From the NCBI GenBank assembly GCA_049642065.1, contig JBAROK010000007.1, positions 2,134 through 66,133 on the forward strand: a DNA stretch of 64,000 nucleotides, given 5' to 3'. Positions 38,701 through 53,700 of the stretch are shown piece after piece. The position numbers and the translations under genes were made by a program. Every line of letters starts with the position of its first letter. The first letter of the stretch is position 1. The stretch is from Candidatus Omnitrophota bacterium (lineage in GTDB: Bacteria; Omnitrophota; Gorgyraeia; Tantalellales; Tantalellaceae). The notes beneath the pieces are model-generated. The model made no database searches, was not told the origin of the DNA, and saw only the letters and a list, made by a program, of their open reading frames with translations.

Positions 38701-41700
38701 TGGAACTTCAGAACATGGAATCCGATATGGAACGCATGCTTAATTTCATGAACCGTAAGGCCAGACAGGGCGATGTTAGTGGTTTCAAGAAGATAGAAGA
38801 AAGGTTCAATAAGACCCTTGAACTTTACAGGAACGTTGATGAGGCGCTGCTGTCTGAGGAAGAAGTGGAGGCTGTTCACGAGAAGGCGGAAGATTACGAG
38901 ATACGTGCCCGTGAAGCGAAGGCATTGCTCGATAAAGTGCTTGCCGAAAGGGCGGCTTTTAAGAAAGCAAGAGAACTGGCGAAGCTGAAAGAGCAGACCG
39001 ATAAGATCGACGAGATCCTTTCGAAGATGAGCGAAGCCGCCGAAAAAGCGGATAAAGACGCTTTCGACAGGTGGAACGCCGAACTGGAATATCATCTTAA
39101 ACGTCTTGCTGAGAATCCAACAATAGGTGAGGATCACGAGCTTATACTTAACTACAGAAGGCTTGCGCAGATAGCCAGAGAGAAACTGGAACTTAAAATA
39201 AAGGCCCGCGAAAGAGAAATCGCTAAACTGGAAGCTTTGCTTAAGGATATTAACGAGGCTATCATTGAAGGCCAGAAAAGCGTTTTTGACCAGAAGATAA
39301 AAGAACTTGAAGATGCGCTGGCTGCTTCTAAATTCCTGGACGCAAGAACAAAGGACAGGTACGCCAGAAGCATAGAGAACGCTAAGGTGGCCATGGCCAG
39401 ACGTGTAGAAGCCATGGAAAAAGCTAAAGCAGAGAAAAAACAGGCGCAGGTAGCGGAGATCGAGTCTATCCTTGAAAAAATGGAAAAAGCCGCCGAAAAA
39501 GCGGATGTTGCGACTTTTAATAAATTGAAAGAAACCTTTAAGAAGGCTGTTGATTCAGCCGACCTGGTGGATGACGTCACGAAGACCGGTTACAGAGTTA
39601 GGGCTCATGAAGCCGGCGTGCAGATGATGGAAGTTGTGAAAACGATGGAAGCCTATCATGAAAGGGTGCTTCTTTTTGCTAAGAATGCGCCGTCTTATGC
39701 TTCTAGTGAGAAGTCCAAGAATTCGGAAGAAGCCTGGAAGAAGTTCCGTGAAGAGGCGGATAAGATCAGGTCTGAAGCTCCGGACGTATATGATAGGGAG
39801 AAAGCGGATGCGTATTTCCGTCTTGCAGAAATACTTCTAAGAAGCGCTCTGAGTGACAGGGTAGACGAATCAGATGTTACTAATGTTAAAGGTTTGCTTT
39901 CCCGTGCCAGAGAAAGTGAAGCAGAAATAGACAGGATAAAAGATATTATTGATAAGGTGGCCGAGGAAGGGGCCATGGATAACAAACTGTTCATACAGCT
40001 TGTGTTCGGGTATTCCTTTGGTGACAGGTTGCCCCGGTTTGCTATGGGTGAATCTTCTTCAAGTGATTTGCCGGTCAGTGTGGATTTCAACAGCATTCCG
40101 CAGACAGCTCTGGGGACCGCTGACAGGATACGCCTTGTTAATTCTTTTCAGTCGCAGCAAGATGCCGCAGGCAGATGGTGGCTGATGATCAGCGATAACG
40201 GTACTCCGGGCGATAATACCGACGATATATGGATAGCCGCCGATACCTATAACGATATTATAGATAACTTGTACCCCCAGATGCAGCAGCTTGCTAACGA
40301 TCTTGGTTATACGATAGATCCTAGCTGGGATGTTACGGTTTTTATAGCGAATGCCGGTAATACTAATGCTCCTGCGTGGCAGCAGGGCATTCGTGAGCTG
40401 GTCAACTGGCTGATAGTCGCCGAACAGGCCGGTATATACGAGGGTTCCGCCTCAGATATGCTTAATAGCATTCACGATGTATGGGACGAGGTAAACGAAT
40501 ATCTGCAGGAAAACGGAGATGGCGAAATTACGCTTAACGATTCTGAAGAGATGGGCCTTTTGCTTTGGGTAGCTTCAGGTCATGCTGATGGGCATAGTGT
40601 AGAGGATATACTTTTTCATCCCAGAGAGCTTGCGCGCTTGATGATAGATTACGCTATTTATGATAGTGACCAGGTAGCCAGGGCAAGAGCAGTCGCGGCC
40701 GCGAAGAGAAAAGCCGAGAGCATGTGGAAGACAGCGAGGAATCAGAACATGTTTACTGTGATCCAGCGTCTGATCGAGCTTAAAACAGCGCTTGCCGACG
40801 TGGACGCGTTGTCTCACGGTATAGCTGAGCTGGATGCCCGTATAAAGACCGCAGGTGAAGAAGAGAAACTTATACTGGAGCAGAGGAAACTCCTCTTGGC
40901 AAGAAGGTTAACGGCCGCTAAGAAGAAAGCAAGGATAGAAGAGGTAAGGATAAAATGGTCGCTCAGGATAGATATGAAGACGGACCTGGTAAAAAAGATG
41001 AACCTGAGAGAAGTAAGCGAAGCGGAACTCATTAAAGCGCTTCAGGAAGTTACAGGAGATTATTACGCCACACGGCTTGAAGCTGCCAGGCAGTGGGTTA
41101 TTGAAGCTGGTAAGTACGCGCCTAACGTAGTCAAGATACGCGCGAGCAGTGGTTTAATGGTGAACCTTGTAAGCTGTTTCCAGGATAATCCGATCGACGA
41201 TCTGGCGTCACTCAGCTTGCTTAATTTTGAACTTAAGCTTGACGGGTTGCGCAGCAAGGAAGCTCAGATAGCTCAGAGAGAAGTTGAAATAGCTATAGCC
41301 GCTTTCCGTGACGAGGTCAAGGATATGGATACTGAGATCAACAAACTGCGTGCCCAGATAGAAGGGCTCATGTCGGTCATCGAAAAGGACAGGGAAGTTC
41401 TCTTAGAAGCCAGAGCAGCTTACGATCGTATGATAAAGCTTTCCAGGGAAGAGCCGGCTCTTATAAACCGTACAGAGATGATGCGTGTTGTTAAGAACCT
41501 GCAGCAGGCGGAGGATGCGCTTAGATGGCATCAGCTACAGCTTAGAATGGCCAGAGCTAAACTGCAGATGTTCGGTAAAACTGCAGAAAAGAAGATTGCC
41601 GAAGATAGAAGGAGAACGGCAACGGTAAGCAATGTAGGCGAGCTTTTCTCGATAGCACTTAGAAACGGCAAGATGAACCGCGTATGGGCGAAGATAGCCA

Positions 41701-44700
41701 GGACGCGTGCTGTAAAAGAAAAAGAAGAAGCTGACAGCTGGTGGATGCCCAAACTCATATTTAATATGAACCTTTTCAAGGGATTCGAAGCTCTTGAATG
41801 GAGAGACGAAAAAATAGGCGTTACTATACATGAAGACGATCTGTTCGCGCATGCTATGGACGAGGCGGAGATAGGAATAAGTGCACGTCTTTGCCTGAGA
41901 TGGTACCTTCTTGATCTCGGTGCGGAGAACCGTGAGCTTGCCACCGAATATGCACTTAAGTCTGTCATGCTTGAATCTAAAATAAGAGGATCTCAGCTTA
42001 TGGTAGAGATAGCGAATGGTGTCTCGCGCATAAAAATGGCACAGGATGCTGTTGATATAAAAGAGCGTGATATCAGGTATAAAGGGCTGCGTATAGAAGC
42101 TATGGAAGAATCGCGGGATAAGGATCAGCAGAAATTTTATCTTATACAGCTTAAAAGAGATTTAGAAGGGGCGAAGATCGAACTTCGCATGGCGCAGGAG
42201 AACCTGAGGAGGATACTCGGTGCGACACGTACAGAAATAACCATTGAAAGGGATATGTTGGACAACATGGACCAGCAGCTGGAAAGATTCATGTCCAGCC
42301 ATCCGGATATGTTCGTAAGAGGTGTTAGCGGTAAGTGGCAGGTAACCCCGCATGGTAAGAGAGGTATGGGAGAGCTCAAAAGGGATCTCCAGAAAACACT
42401 TGATGAATTAGAACAGCTCCACAGCAGAGAAAGGCTCTCAGGGCTCGACCAGATCAAGCTCAGAGCGATGATAGCGAACCTAAGGGAAGCTCTTGCGATA
42501 ATGGACAGGCATTTTGAAACGGGTCAGAGCGTGAAACGGGAAATACCCGCTATGCTCAGGGCGCTTCATACAGCCAGGTTATCCTATATAAAGAGCCAGG
42601 TACCGAGATATACCGGAGATCTCCAGGAACTGGAACAGTTCAAGCTGGAATTACAGAGGATAATATCTGAAGCTCCGAACGATATGATCGAAAAAGAAGC
42701 TGAAGGCCTTCTTTCTATGGTGCAGGGGCATCTTATCAAGGCTTACAAACGTGAGATTGAAAAGATCTTCAGCAAAGCCCACAGGTACAACAGCCGCACA
42801 GAAGAAGAGAAAATGAACCTGGTTATCAGGTATTCTGCCGAAATGCTAAGGATAGATGCGAAGAACGATGACGCCAAAGCGTTTTTAAAGAAAGCGCAGG
42901 AAAGGATAGCTGAGCTTGAGAAGACGTCCAAAAAAGAAAGAATACAAACGGCTCTCAGGACCATGGAGGATAGGCTCAAGGATACCCCGGGTTGGCTTAC
43001 TTCTTACAGGGAATACCTGGGTTACTGCGCAGAAGGATTGAGCGCTTCCGTCGAAGCCAGGTCTTTGGCGAAAGAATACAATAGATCCGCTGAAGCATCA
43101 GACAAAATAAAACTTGATGATACGAATATCGACCTGACCGAATCACATCTATTGGACGCGATATGGAACATGGTGGCCAGAGTAGGTGTTCCTTCAGGTT
43201 ATTATAAAGGTTGGGCTCCCGAAAGTTATTACGGCAAAGGCCATATGCCTACACTTGAACTCGACGAACCTTACTGTGGAGAGGTCAGGAAAAAAGAACA
43301 GATAATTAATGAAATTTTTGACGGTTATGACCTGAATGAGCTTCTGGAGTACAAACGTTTTCTGAGGGATCTTAGGGTTAAATTAAAACGCATGGAAGGC
43401 GCTAACAGCGCTAAAGCCGGCGAACTTATCAAACATATAGATGCGTATCTTATTGCCATTGAAGCTAGGCAGGCGTTACTTGAATCCCAGGGTCAGAGGA
43501 CAAGGACCGAAGAAGAGACGAACGATATGATAAAAGACGCGATCAGTGGCATGGAAAGCGACTTGAGCAGGAGATTCGGTCTGTGGATACCGGGTATCCA
43601 CGAGTACCATACGACCAGGGGATGGATAAAAGAGTATTTAAGGGTATTCCACAGGGCACAGAAAGTAGAGATGCTCGGTCCTGACAGCGAACAGAGAGAA
43701 ACAATCAAAAAACATAAAGAAGCAGCTATAAAGAAACTGGGCGAAAGGATAGACTCCCTTGAGGTAGAAAGCAATGTTGATGATCTTATTAGCGATATAA
43801 CCCTCATGCGCGCTTTGATACGTTACCAGATACAGGAACGTGACGCCAGGTCGTTCGAGATGCAGAGTCAGATTCATCTCCTCAGGATAATGATCAACAG
43901 AATGGACGAAGCAATCGAGTCTAAAAAACCTGGTAATTATGAGGACGCGATAGCCGAAGCTGACAGGGTACTAATGACGTGCATCAGGCTGATAGACGCT
44001 AAACCGAACATGTATACCACTCTCAGGGCGAACCTCGTGAAGAAACAGAGAAATCTTATGGTAGTGGATATGCAATATAAGGCTCGAGAGCTTGATAAGC
44101 TCTTGAAGGAAATTGCCAGGGCTGATAATGGAGATGCTGAAGACTATCTTGATGAACTTGAAGAGGCAGAAAAAGCGTTGCGTAAGATATATCAGATGAC
44201 GGCTTCATTTGAGGAAGCTGAAGGGCTTACGGAAAGGGGTCCGGACGGGAAAGAAGTCCGTACGCCGATGATGATGACCCTGCTTTCCGCCAAAATGAGC
44301 CTGGATTCTTTTAACAGCGACAGGTCTCTTATATATTACAAGAAAGCCGCATACCTGTTAAACAGGACCGTGGATTTCAAGAATGATGTAGATAAGATTA
44401 CCAGGTATGGATCGGGCGCAAGGGTTGAGATAACAGCTGAACACTTGAAGCAGCTTGCCGATGCGCCGAACAGTGACATCAGCAAGAAGAGGCTTGAACA
44501 GATCCTGGAAGCGACCAGAAAAGCTTTGAGATGCGATAAGGATAACGAGCGAGCTGCTGAGCTGCACAGGGCCGTTCAGGATAAATACACGGTTATGCTG
44601 ATAGACGATCTCAACGAGCTTTGGTCGGATGTAAAAGAAAGAATGGATAACGGTAATGCAGCTACAAGAAGGCAGGTAGCTGCAATAGAGAGGACAGCTA

Positions 44701-47700
44701 ATCAGATACTTGATATCAATTCCGATCGCCTGGTTGGCGTTCTGAGACCCGGCGAAGAAAGTATAAACATGCTGCGCGAGATATCGGACAGGACAGGTGC
44801 AACGGTACTTAGCTTCGAGCATTTACCCGAGAACGTGCAGATGACCGATGCCGGCAGGAAGATATTCCAGATGCTTATCGACAGCTGTGAAAAGGCTGGC
44901 GGTACGCACAATCCTCACAGACAGATGATAATAGAACTTATTGAACGCAGGTACCACCAGGAGACAAGGGAAGCTATTTTCTGGGGCGGTCCGATTATTC
45001 ACGTTGATCTGGGCATAAGCTCAAGCGGTATGGGCCAGTTCTTTGCCAAGACAGCCACGACCCCGTGGGCCAACCTGGTTAACGTCGGGTTTACTAAGAA
45101 CGGTCTTTTCTGGGTTACAACCCCGGTTCGTAAGATACCGATCATAGGCAGCATTCTCGAGCACATACTGGGGCTGAAAGGATATATCGAGTGGAGAAAG
45201 AAGAATATGGATCTTCACGACCAAAAGTCGAAAGAACAGCTCCAGAAAGCCGAGCTGGAAGCCGTGAATCACTGGGTAGCGCTGTGGGGTACAGTAAGAC
45301 AGTACCAGACGGTAGCAGCAGCCAGGGATAGGGTATCCGCCGATCTTAAAGCGCTCAGGACAGAAAGGGAAGAGAAGAAAAAGTATCTTTCCTACAGGAG
45401 GAATTATACCGAGATCATGGATCTTGAGGGCCGTATAGCCAACAAGGAGCTTCAGCTTTCTGAGTATGACGCTGATATGCGCATGCTTGAAACACTCTTG
45501 TATTCACTGGGCGTGAACGATCCTAAGGAGTTCGTGCAGGAGGGCAGCAAGTATACTGAAGAAGGTTATGTTGACGCACGGCTTAATGAGGTTTTTGGCA
45601 TCATTGGCAGCGGGTCTAAGGAAGCGGCAAGTGAATGGGGCATGAGGATCAGGGTAAAGATAGCGCAGGATAAGGTAGCTGCCAGGCTTCCGTCGGCAGA
45701 CGGTGAATCTTCACACGTAATGCTCGAAATGTCATACGGAAAAGGGTTTGTAGGCGAGAACGAGGATGAGTGGCATACGAGCATTAAGTTCGTTCGAGAA
45801 GAGACAATAGGCGGTATCGCTGATGCCATAGGTGGGTATACCAGGTCTTCGCGCAGGCATGCCGGAAAGGCCAAAGAATATGAGCAGGAAGAACAGAGAC
45901 AGACGATGCTTCGCGAACTTGCAGATCTTAACGCAAGGTACTGGAAAGCCGTAGCTAATCACGAACAGCTTCAGAAAAAATATGAAGTCGTTTCAAAAGC
46001 CTGTGAAGACGGCAAAAAGAGAAGAGATGCTGAAGAAATCGGTGAGATGTCGCTGCGTGATCTGCAGGATCACAGGGACCAGCTCAAGAAGCAGCTGGAT
46101 AACGCGTATGCCGCGGTGAAGGCTATGGAAATGGAGTTCAGGACGCGTTTCGGCAGGGAAATACCGGACAGGAATTTTCTCAGGAATTTCGGTGCGATAT
46201 TCGGGCCGCTCGCTATAGATAGTCTTCTAGCCAAAGCCGAGACGGCTTCAAGCGATGTTGATTTCTCGCGTGATTTAAAAGTAAAAGCTCTCGGAGAATA
46301 TATTGAGAGCAGCCGTGAACGCCAGAGCACAACTCTTCACTACCTCTCCAGCATAAAGCTGGGTATAGTTTTTCAGGACAGCGAGTACACGGCAAAGCCT
46401 GTCGACGCGTATATGGCCACACTGACGTTTGTTCTTTACGGATCCAACTGGACCGCAAGGCGCGATATGGCCCGTAACGAACATATTTACAACATTTACC
46501 AGTTGCGCAAAAGACAAGCGGAACTTCCCGTGAGGTACCAGGTCAAGCTTATCGAATTGCAGGCGGCAGCTGAAATGCTAAAACTGGAACTTGCTAACCT
46601 GTCTTCAGCCACAGGCTCTATACAGGAACAGTATGAACAGATCCTTAAAGATTACAGGGCACGCCGCATAGATTTCAACACGATGAAAACCCGTCTGGAT
46701 GAGATAGACAGGGATGAGTATATAGAAAGCCTTGCGTCTTTTCTCTCAGCGTATGAAAAGTTCGTTCAAAGGACCAGAGAGCTCGGCATGGAGATGCCGG
46801 ACCTTACGGAACTTGCGAAAGCCGAGGCAGAAGAAAAAGCTGCGGCTGAGGAGAAAAAAGCTGAAGAAAAGAAAGCTGAGGAGAAGAAAGCTCCGGCAGC
46901 AGCTCCTGCGGCAAAGAAGACAGTTTATACCGCGGAGAACATTCCCTCAAGAGAAGACTTTGGCAGGGGGCTTAAAAAACGGACCGGTTGGAGATGGGGT
47001 GACCACTGGGACAGTTATACGGCTACCCATACACCTGAAGAAGTAGATGCTTTAATGGAAAGATACAGTCTGGAGCCAGCTGAAACAAATAAAGCCGGTT
47101 TTTACGCTTTCTGTGAAGGACTGGTAGAGCTTAGTTCCAAAAGAGGCCATATGTTCGGTAAAGGTGGCGCGCTTTACAGGTATCTTGTTGATACTAAGAA
47201 GATGCCTGAAGAAGATGCCATGAAAAAACTAGCCGAACTGCGCGATGTTTACTGGAAAAGGTTCTGGCAGGTTCAGGAAGAGATCGTGAAGCCGTTTCTT
47301 ACAGTGAAACTAGGGTATGAACCGGATATAGACAACGATTTTGCTCTTCTTATGGCATGGACAGATTTTACGATCGGTTCCGGCAAAGATGAAGCCGCTA
47401 TGATAAAGTTCCTCGAAACTTCGGTTGAAGGTGACAATTTAGTAGCCAAAGCCTTAAGATCGATTTTCAAAACACTGATGGTAGAGGCGCTGAACACTAA
47501 TTACGATAAAGTGAAAGATAGGGTCAGGGAAGCTTCGTTCCATATGACGGCTGACCAGCTTCAGGGAGAGGTAGAGACACGCGACGTTGATATCGATGAG
47601 TTCAGTGCTCTTATGGCCGGGTTCGAATCTGATGTCAGCAAGTTTCTCGGCGAAGAGATAGATTACAACAACGAAGCCGACAGCTGGATACTTTACCGGG

Positions 47701-50700
47701 CGGCTATATTGGCTCTTAGGGCCGGAGGAAGGGAGCAGTTCAGCAAAGACATGGAACTGATGACCATGATAAGGAATGTTTCCGGTGAATTCTTCAATTT
47801 CGATGAAATAACAGCTGACTCTGCGTTGAGAATGCCTGGAGGAGATACTCTTAGAAGGATATCGGACATGATACACGAGCTGAAGGCCAAAGGTGAAGAT
47901 ACCACCGGTCTTGAAGTCGTGTTTAATGTCCATATGCAGGCGCTTAGAAGGGGCAAGAAGGTGAACACCTGTTATGATTTCGTAAAGTGGGTAAAACGTG
48001 AGATAGATAATACCAGCGACTGGCTCAGCGAAAGGAACTTAACGCTTGCCGAGGCTATTAAGAAGAAAAAAGAAGCTCTCGCGGCCGGTAGAGATTTTTA
48101 TGTCCCGATGTTCGTTATTTATGTCAGCCAGGCGACTTCTGACCGTGACCCCAGGATAACAGGCGTTGAAGACCTCATGAAGAAAGAGAACAGGCCTATT
48201 CTTGAAAGGGTCATGAGGCAGTATTTTAGGGACCTTAGCTTTATACTTACAAAGTTTAAGACCGATGCCGAAAACGAGAAAAAAGAGATAGTCAAGAAAC
48301 TTAAAGCTGATCTATCAAAAGAAGAAAAGGCAAAACTCGAAAAAAGGCTTAAAGAACTTGAAGGGTATCTGGCTACTTACGATACGAACAACCCGTTCCT
48401 CGTAGAAGCTACGAAGAAATGGGTAAGGTTCTATCGTGAGAATTTCAAGAGCCAGGACGAATTCAACAAGTTCCTGGATGAGCAGTACAGGCCGCTTATG
48501 TCCCAGGGTAGCGTAAAAGAGTTTCTCAGGGACGTTGCCGGCATTAAAGAAGTCGACAGTCTTATGAGCGAGGACATGATGATTTACGGCGGATACCTGG
48601 CGATCATTCTCCAGAAACATGAGATAGACGCTCATGACGAAGCCGTTGTTAAGAACTTCTGTAATCTTGCTCGTCAGTTTTTCCAGAAGAACGAGTCGCT
48701 CAGGGAGCTCAAACTCGGTGAGAGTAAAGAACAGATAAAGTATTTTATAGGTCTGGGAGAACTTATGGGTACGCTGGACTCAGTGGCAAGAAGGTCTAAT
48801 AAGTCTCTTACGGACATACTGAAGGACAAAGACCTTATAACGGATATAGGTGAGCTTCTAAAGAAATACAAGTTTGAATACGTTGAAGTTCCGCGCCAGC
48901 TGGCTCTGACAGAAGATCTTATTAAGGGTAAGCTTCCGGAAGGCAAAGTTGTCATGGTAACAGCGCCTATCGTAGACAGCAAGTTTCGTGAAATAGGTGA
49001 GTCTATTTCTATAAAAGACGAGGACAACAAGAACCTGGTAACGTTCGCTCGCGTGAAAGTGCACGACAGTCTGCCGACCGATTACGCGAAAAGCGTTCAA
49101 AGAAGAGAAGTTCTTGTATACAGGCGCGATTCTGTGTATCCGCAGGAAATATTCCGTATGCCCAAGGATACCAACGTTTTCACTCTTAAAAGCCTCGTAG
49201 GTGCTGTAAAGATCGGTACCATTTCGATGGAAGAAGTGACTGATGCTGACGGTAAAGTTGTAGATACTCTATTGGTTAAGAAATACCTTCCGGGTTATAC
49301 CGACGGTTTGGGTAACTTGGTAGTCAAGATAAACAGAAAAGGTTATGGTAAGACCGTTTACGAAGAAAAGATGAAGGGCGATGAGCTGCAGAAGATATAT
49401 TACGAATACTATGATAACGACAGCCTCAAGAGCGTAAAGTACGAAGGTGTTCTTAACTCCCCGGATCCGTACAGGGATCCAAAGGGATATTTCCTTGCCG
49501 AGCAGCATGGCTTGATAGCTCTCATTGAATACGAACGTTCAGACGATCCGACAGTGACGGGTCTTTTAAAGAGGATCATTTATGGTGACGGTACAATCGC
49601 TTATTACACGCATGGGAACATAAAGAGGATAGTGTTTGGTAATCCGCATAAGCCGGATCAGGAAGCGTATCCGGTAGATTATGATTTCGCCAGGCAGCAT
49701 GAATTTATTACTGAGATGGTGTTCGATGGTACTGCTGAAGAAAGACCTGTCCTGACAAAATACAAGGACGGGACAGAGAGAAGGTATGTAACGGAAAAAA
49801 ATCTTGATAAAGCCCGGGAAGACCGCCGCAGTAACGTGCAGGCAGAAGACCTGGATAATATACAGCCCGGTAACCTGGCTGAGATAGCAGTCGGGACCAA
49901 TCCGCACATGTTTAAGAGCCCCGCGCACGTAAGACAAAAAGCACAGGAACCGAGTGCGGAAGCATTCAAAGAATACCTCGCTAAGACTATCGGCGACGAA
50001 GGGGAGAAATACTGGATAGCTATAAACGCACTTATGGACAAGATCGATAGTACACTGGACGAAAGAGTGTATACCGACGAACAGAGAGCTCTTGTGGAAA
50101 GTGCCATAGAGTCTCTTGAAAATATTAACGAGATCCTGCAAGACCCGCTCCTCGAGGAATACCTGGACGTTCTTAATGATTACCATTTCGCGAAAACCCA
50201 TGGCGGAGTAAAAAGAGTTATTTACGAAGCTACTCATAAAAAAGAATCCCGTCCGCTTCTTATTGAATATGCTGACGGTACACGGGCTATTTTTAACTAC
50301 AATGCCAAGTCGGACGAACTGAAAGGTCCCGAAAAGGATATATACGAGAAGAACAAGAACTGTTACCTCAAGATATTAATAGAAAAAGGCAAGGCCCCGG
50401 TAAGATACATTTACATAAGCAAGCGTGCTACTAACCTTGAGGACGATTGCCTTAAATATGTTGGTTACGAAGAACCGCTGATGGATAGCCGTTTCAGTAA
50501 GCTGCATAAAGGTGTTACCGCGATAATTTATACCGGTGAATCCAAAAAAGGCGGCAGGATACTTGAAAAACGGTATAGTGACGGCAGTTTCGAGAGGTAC
50601 AATTATGAACATAAGCAGTTCGGTGCCTATACTAAGACGCTCCATGAAATGGCATCCGACGGCATCCGCAAGAAAATTTTCACTTACGATGCTAAAAACC

Positions 50701-53700
50701 GGCTTATAGAGTTTACCAATCATAAAGAGATCACCGACAGATTCTATTATGCGCAGGGGTATATATTCGCTAATAGGGGCCAAAATGACAAGGGTGAAGG
50801 GAGCGGAAACGCTATTGTGATAGAAGCGGATCTCGCGGGTATGCCTATAGTTAACGGTGCGGTCTTAGTATATAAGAATACCGAGATAACGAGCCTGGAA
50901 GAGTTCTCAAATGTTGGAACTCCTGATTATGCCATGTTCTTTAACGAAGCGCTTGAAGAGCTTGCTGCAAGTGGCAACTTGAACAAGATACTCGTTGACC
51001 CCGAAATGGCTTATGATAGAGGCATATGGGGCAGGACCACAGATGGTTCTGCGCTTCTTGAGAAGACCGTGTGGGAAGAGGATGTTATAGGTACTTTTGC
51101 TACGATAATGGCTGAACCTCGTTTTAATGCGACAATGGACCGCATGATTGGTATCTGGGAAGCTTCCGTGTTAAGGGATAGCGGAAGAACCCTTACGCAC
51201 AAGTATGGTCACCAGAAGGTTGACACGCATAAACTTTATGCTGACAGGATATACTCCGAGCTTAAGAAGATGCAGGAGTGGATTGATCAGGTTCGTACAG
51301 GTGAAAAGGAGATGGACTATTTCAGGTTCGAGATGTGGCAGAGACTGATAGCTCTTAAAGTAAGGGCTTGGGAGAGGCTCGCTTACAGGGAGCTTGTTCT
51401 TAAAGAGGGGACACCCGAAAAATGGATGAACGAACGTACCGGGGCAAGCTGGTTCAGGAACGTTGTGCTTTCCTTCAGCAGGAATAATGGGCTGGATATA
51501 GTTTTTAAAGAAGTAACCGGGATGAACGCAGAAGATATTAATCCGGTAAAGAAGGCGACTATTACTGATAGGGAGCGCCCCTTTGGTGAAGAGGTTTCTG
51601 TAGAGGAAGAGGTTTCGTTAGTGCTGACCAGGGAAGACCAGTCTATAACGGTGGACATGAACGCTATGGGTACTACCGATCTTACGAATTCCACGTTCTC
51701 GTTTCTGGTAAACACAAAAGAATCGTTATGGCCGGATATCACGATAATTGCTACAGACGGGTTGGACCGCACAAGGTCCATGAGAGTATCTGCTGAGTCC
51801 GTGAAATACGAGGAATACAGGAAATACCAGAGAGTGGAATTTTCACCGAGTTCCGGGGATCTAAGCCAATATCAGGGAGACGAGGATTTTGATGTTTCTG
51901 ACATAAGAAGTATAAAGGTCGTTTTCAAGAACAGGAGCACTACTCCGGGAAGGCTGGGCGTCAAAGATATAGCGATAGAACGCTCAGGCAGTGCGGTTAG
52001 TGCCACGACCGAGAGCGATGAGAGAGTTATAGCTAAGGGAGAATGGATGTCCGCTTACGATATGGACGGGTATATGTATTATGACCTTAGCGTGAACGGC
52101 GAACCGCGTAATATGGACGGCACGCTTTTAAAAATAAAAGCACAGCTGCCTCATAATGTTGCACGCCCAGGGACAATAGTTTATGTTTCGCTGATAGATG
52201 CCCAGACGAGGGCCAAGAGTGTCGAAGCGGTAGTGGATAAGGACGGGTTTATCACGGTCGAGATAGAAGCCCTGACCAAAGGTAATTTTGATCCGAGAGA
52301 AGTGATGATGCTGAGAGTAGAATCTCCCATGGCGGAACAGGGAACAGAACTTTTCGTATGGGGTAAGATAGCGGCACTGGTCTTTTTCGGGATAATGGTT
52401 TACAGGAAAATAAGCAAATGGCTTAGAGACAAGGCTAAGGGGTCCAAGAAGAGCCGGACAGCTTTAGGCAAGAAAATCGTATCTCACGTGGATGTCAATA
52501 AACATATCCGCGAGAATTTGCCGGAAGGACTTCAAAAGCCAAAGAACATGGATGCCAGGCGCAAAGTCCTGCAGGAGACACTAGAAGCCGGACTGGACGC
52601 TTACCCTGTTTGGTCTAGTGAGCTTTATCCAAGAGTGCAGGCCAGGATAATCGAGATAAAAGATCTTTATGGGAACACGGGTGTCAAAGCGCATCTTGGT
52701 CTTGGCCGCGTATACGGCGAGCCGGTAATATATGTGGATTCATTGTATAAGAACGAGGAAGAGCTCAAGTTGCACGAGCTGTACGAGTTACGTGAATGGA
52801 TAATAAAAGCGGCCGAGCTGGGTCTTACTATTACTCAGGTAAGGATCTGGATACGTGAGAATATGGATGAAGCGCGTACATTGGCTGCTAAGATACACAA
52901 TGAGAACCCGCATAAGGTTGTTGGGCACATGCTGCCGGATACGGATATTATCTATGATACTGAGGATGATGTGATCATAGCCGCAGCTGCAGATCAGCAG
53001 GGCGAGGATCAGGAAGATAATCTTTCAGCGGAGGAAAAAGCCGTAAGGGATCGTGTATTGACAGCGGAGAACAAAGAGGACGTTCTCCTGGCGTTAGGTG
53101 TTGACCAAGTCCGGTTCGCAACTAGGGATATGTTTCAGCTACTGGCTGAGAAGAAGAAAGTAGGAAACCGCTGGGTGGGTGTATCTCTCGAGGAACTTAA
53201 GGATATGGTCATTTTTCTCCATGAAGAGATCGGACTGAGCATATATAAAGGAAAAGGAGTTTCTTTATTGAGCCGTCCGAAACAGACTCTCAGGGAAAAA
53301 GCCGATATCATTAGATCTAATAACGATTTGCCGGAAGAATACAGGGTGAGCATAACAGTAAAAAGGCTTAAGACCAGTCCAGAAAAACTTAGGGTCTTGG
53401 TCGCTGAATTGCGCGCTAAACACCAGGAAGAAGCTGGAACTCCGGCTGAAGAGGAACCGGGAATACTTGCTTCTAAGCTTGCGGAGGAATTAAGAAAATC
53501 CGAAGAGGCTCCTGCTGAAGAGGAACCGGGAATACTTGCTTCGATGCTTGCTGAGGAATTAGGACAACCTGAAAAAGCGGAAGAAGAACCAAAAGAAGCG
53601 GAAGAAGAGCCGATTGAAGAGATAACCAAAGGGGAGGCTAGCAATGATCTTATCGCGATAAGACAGTCGGTCAACGAGATGATCGGTGCCATGAAAGTAC

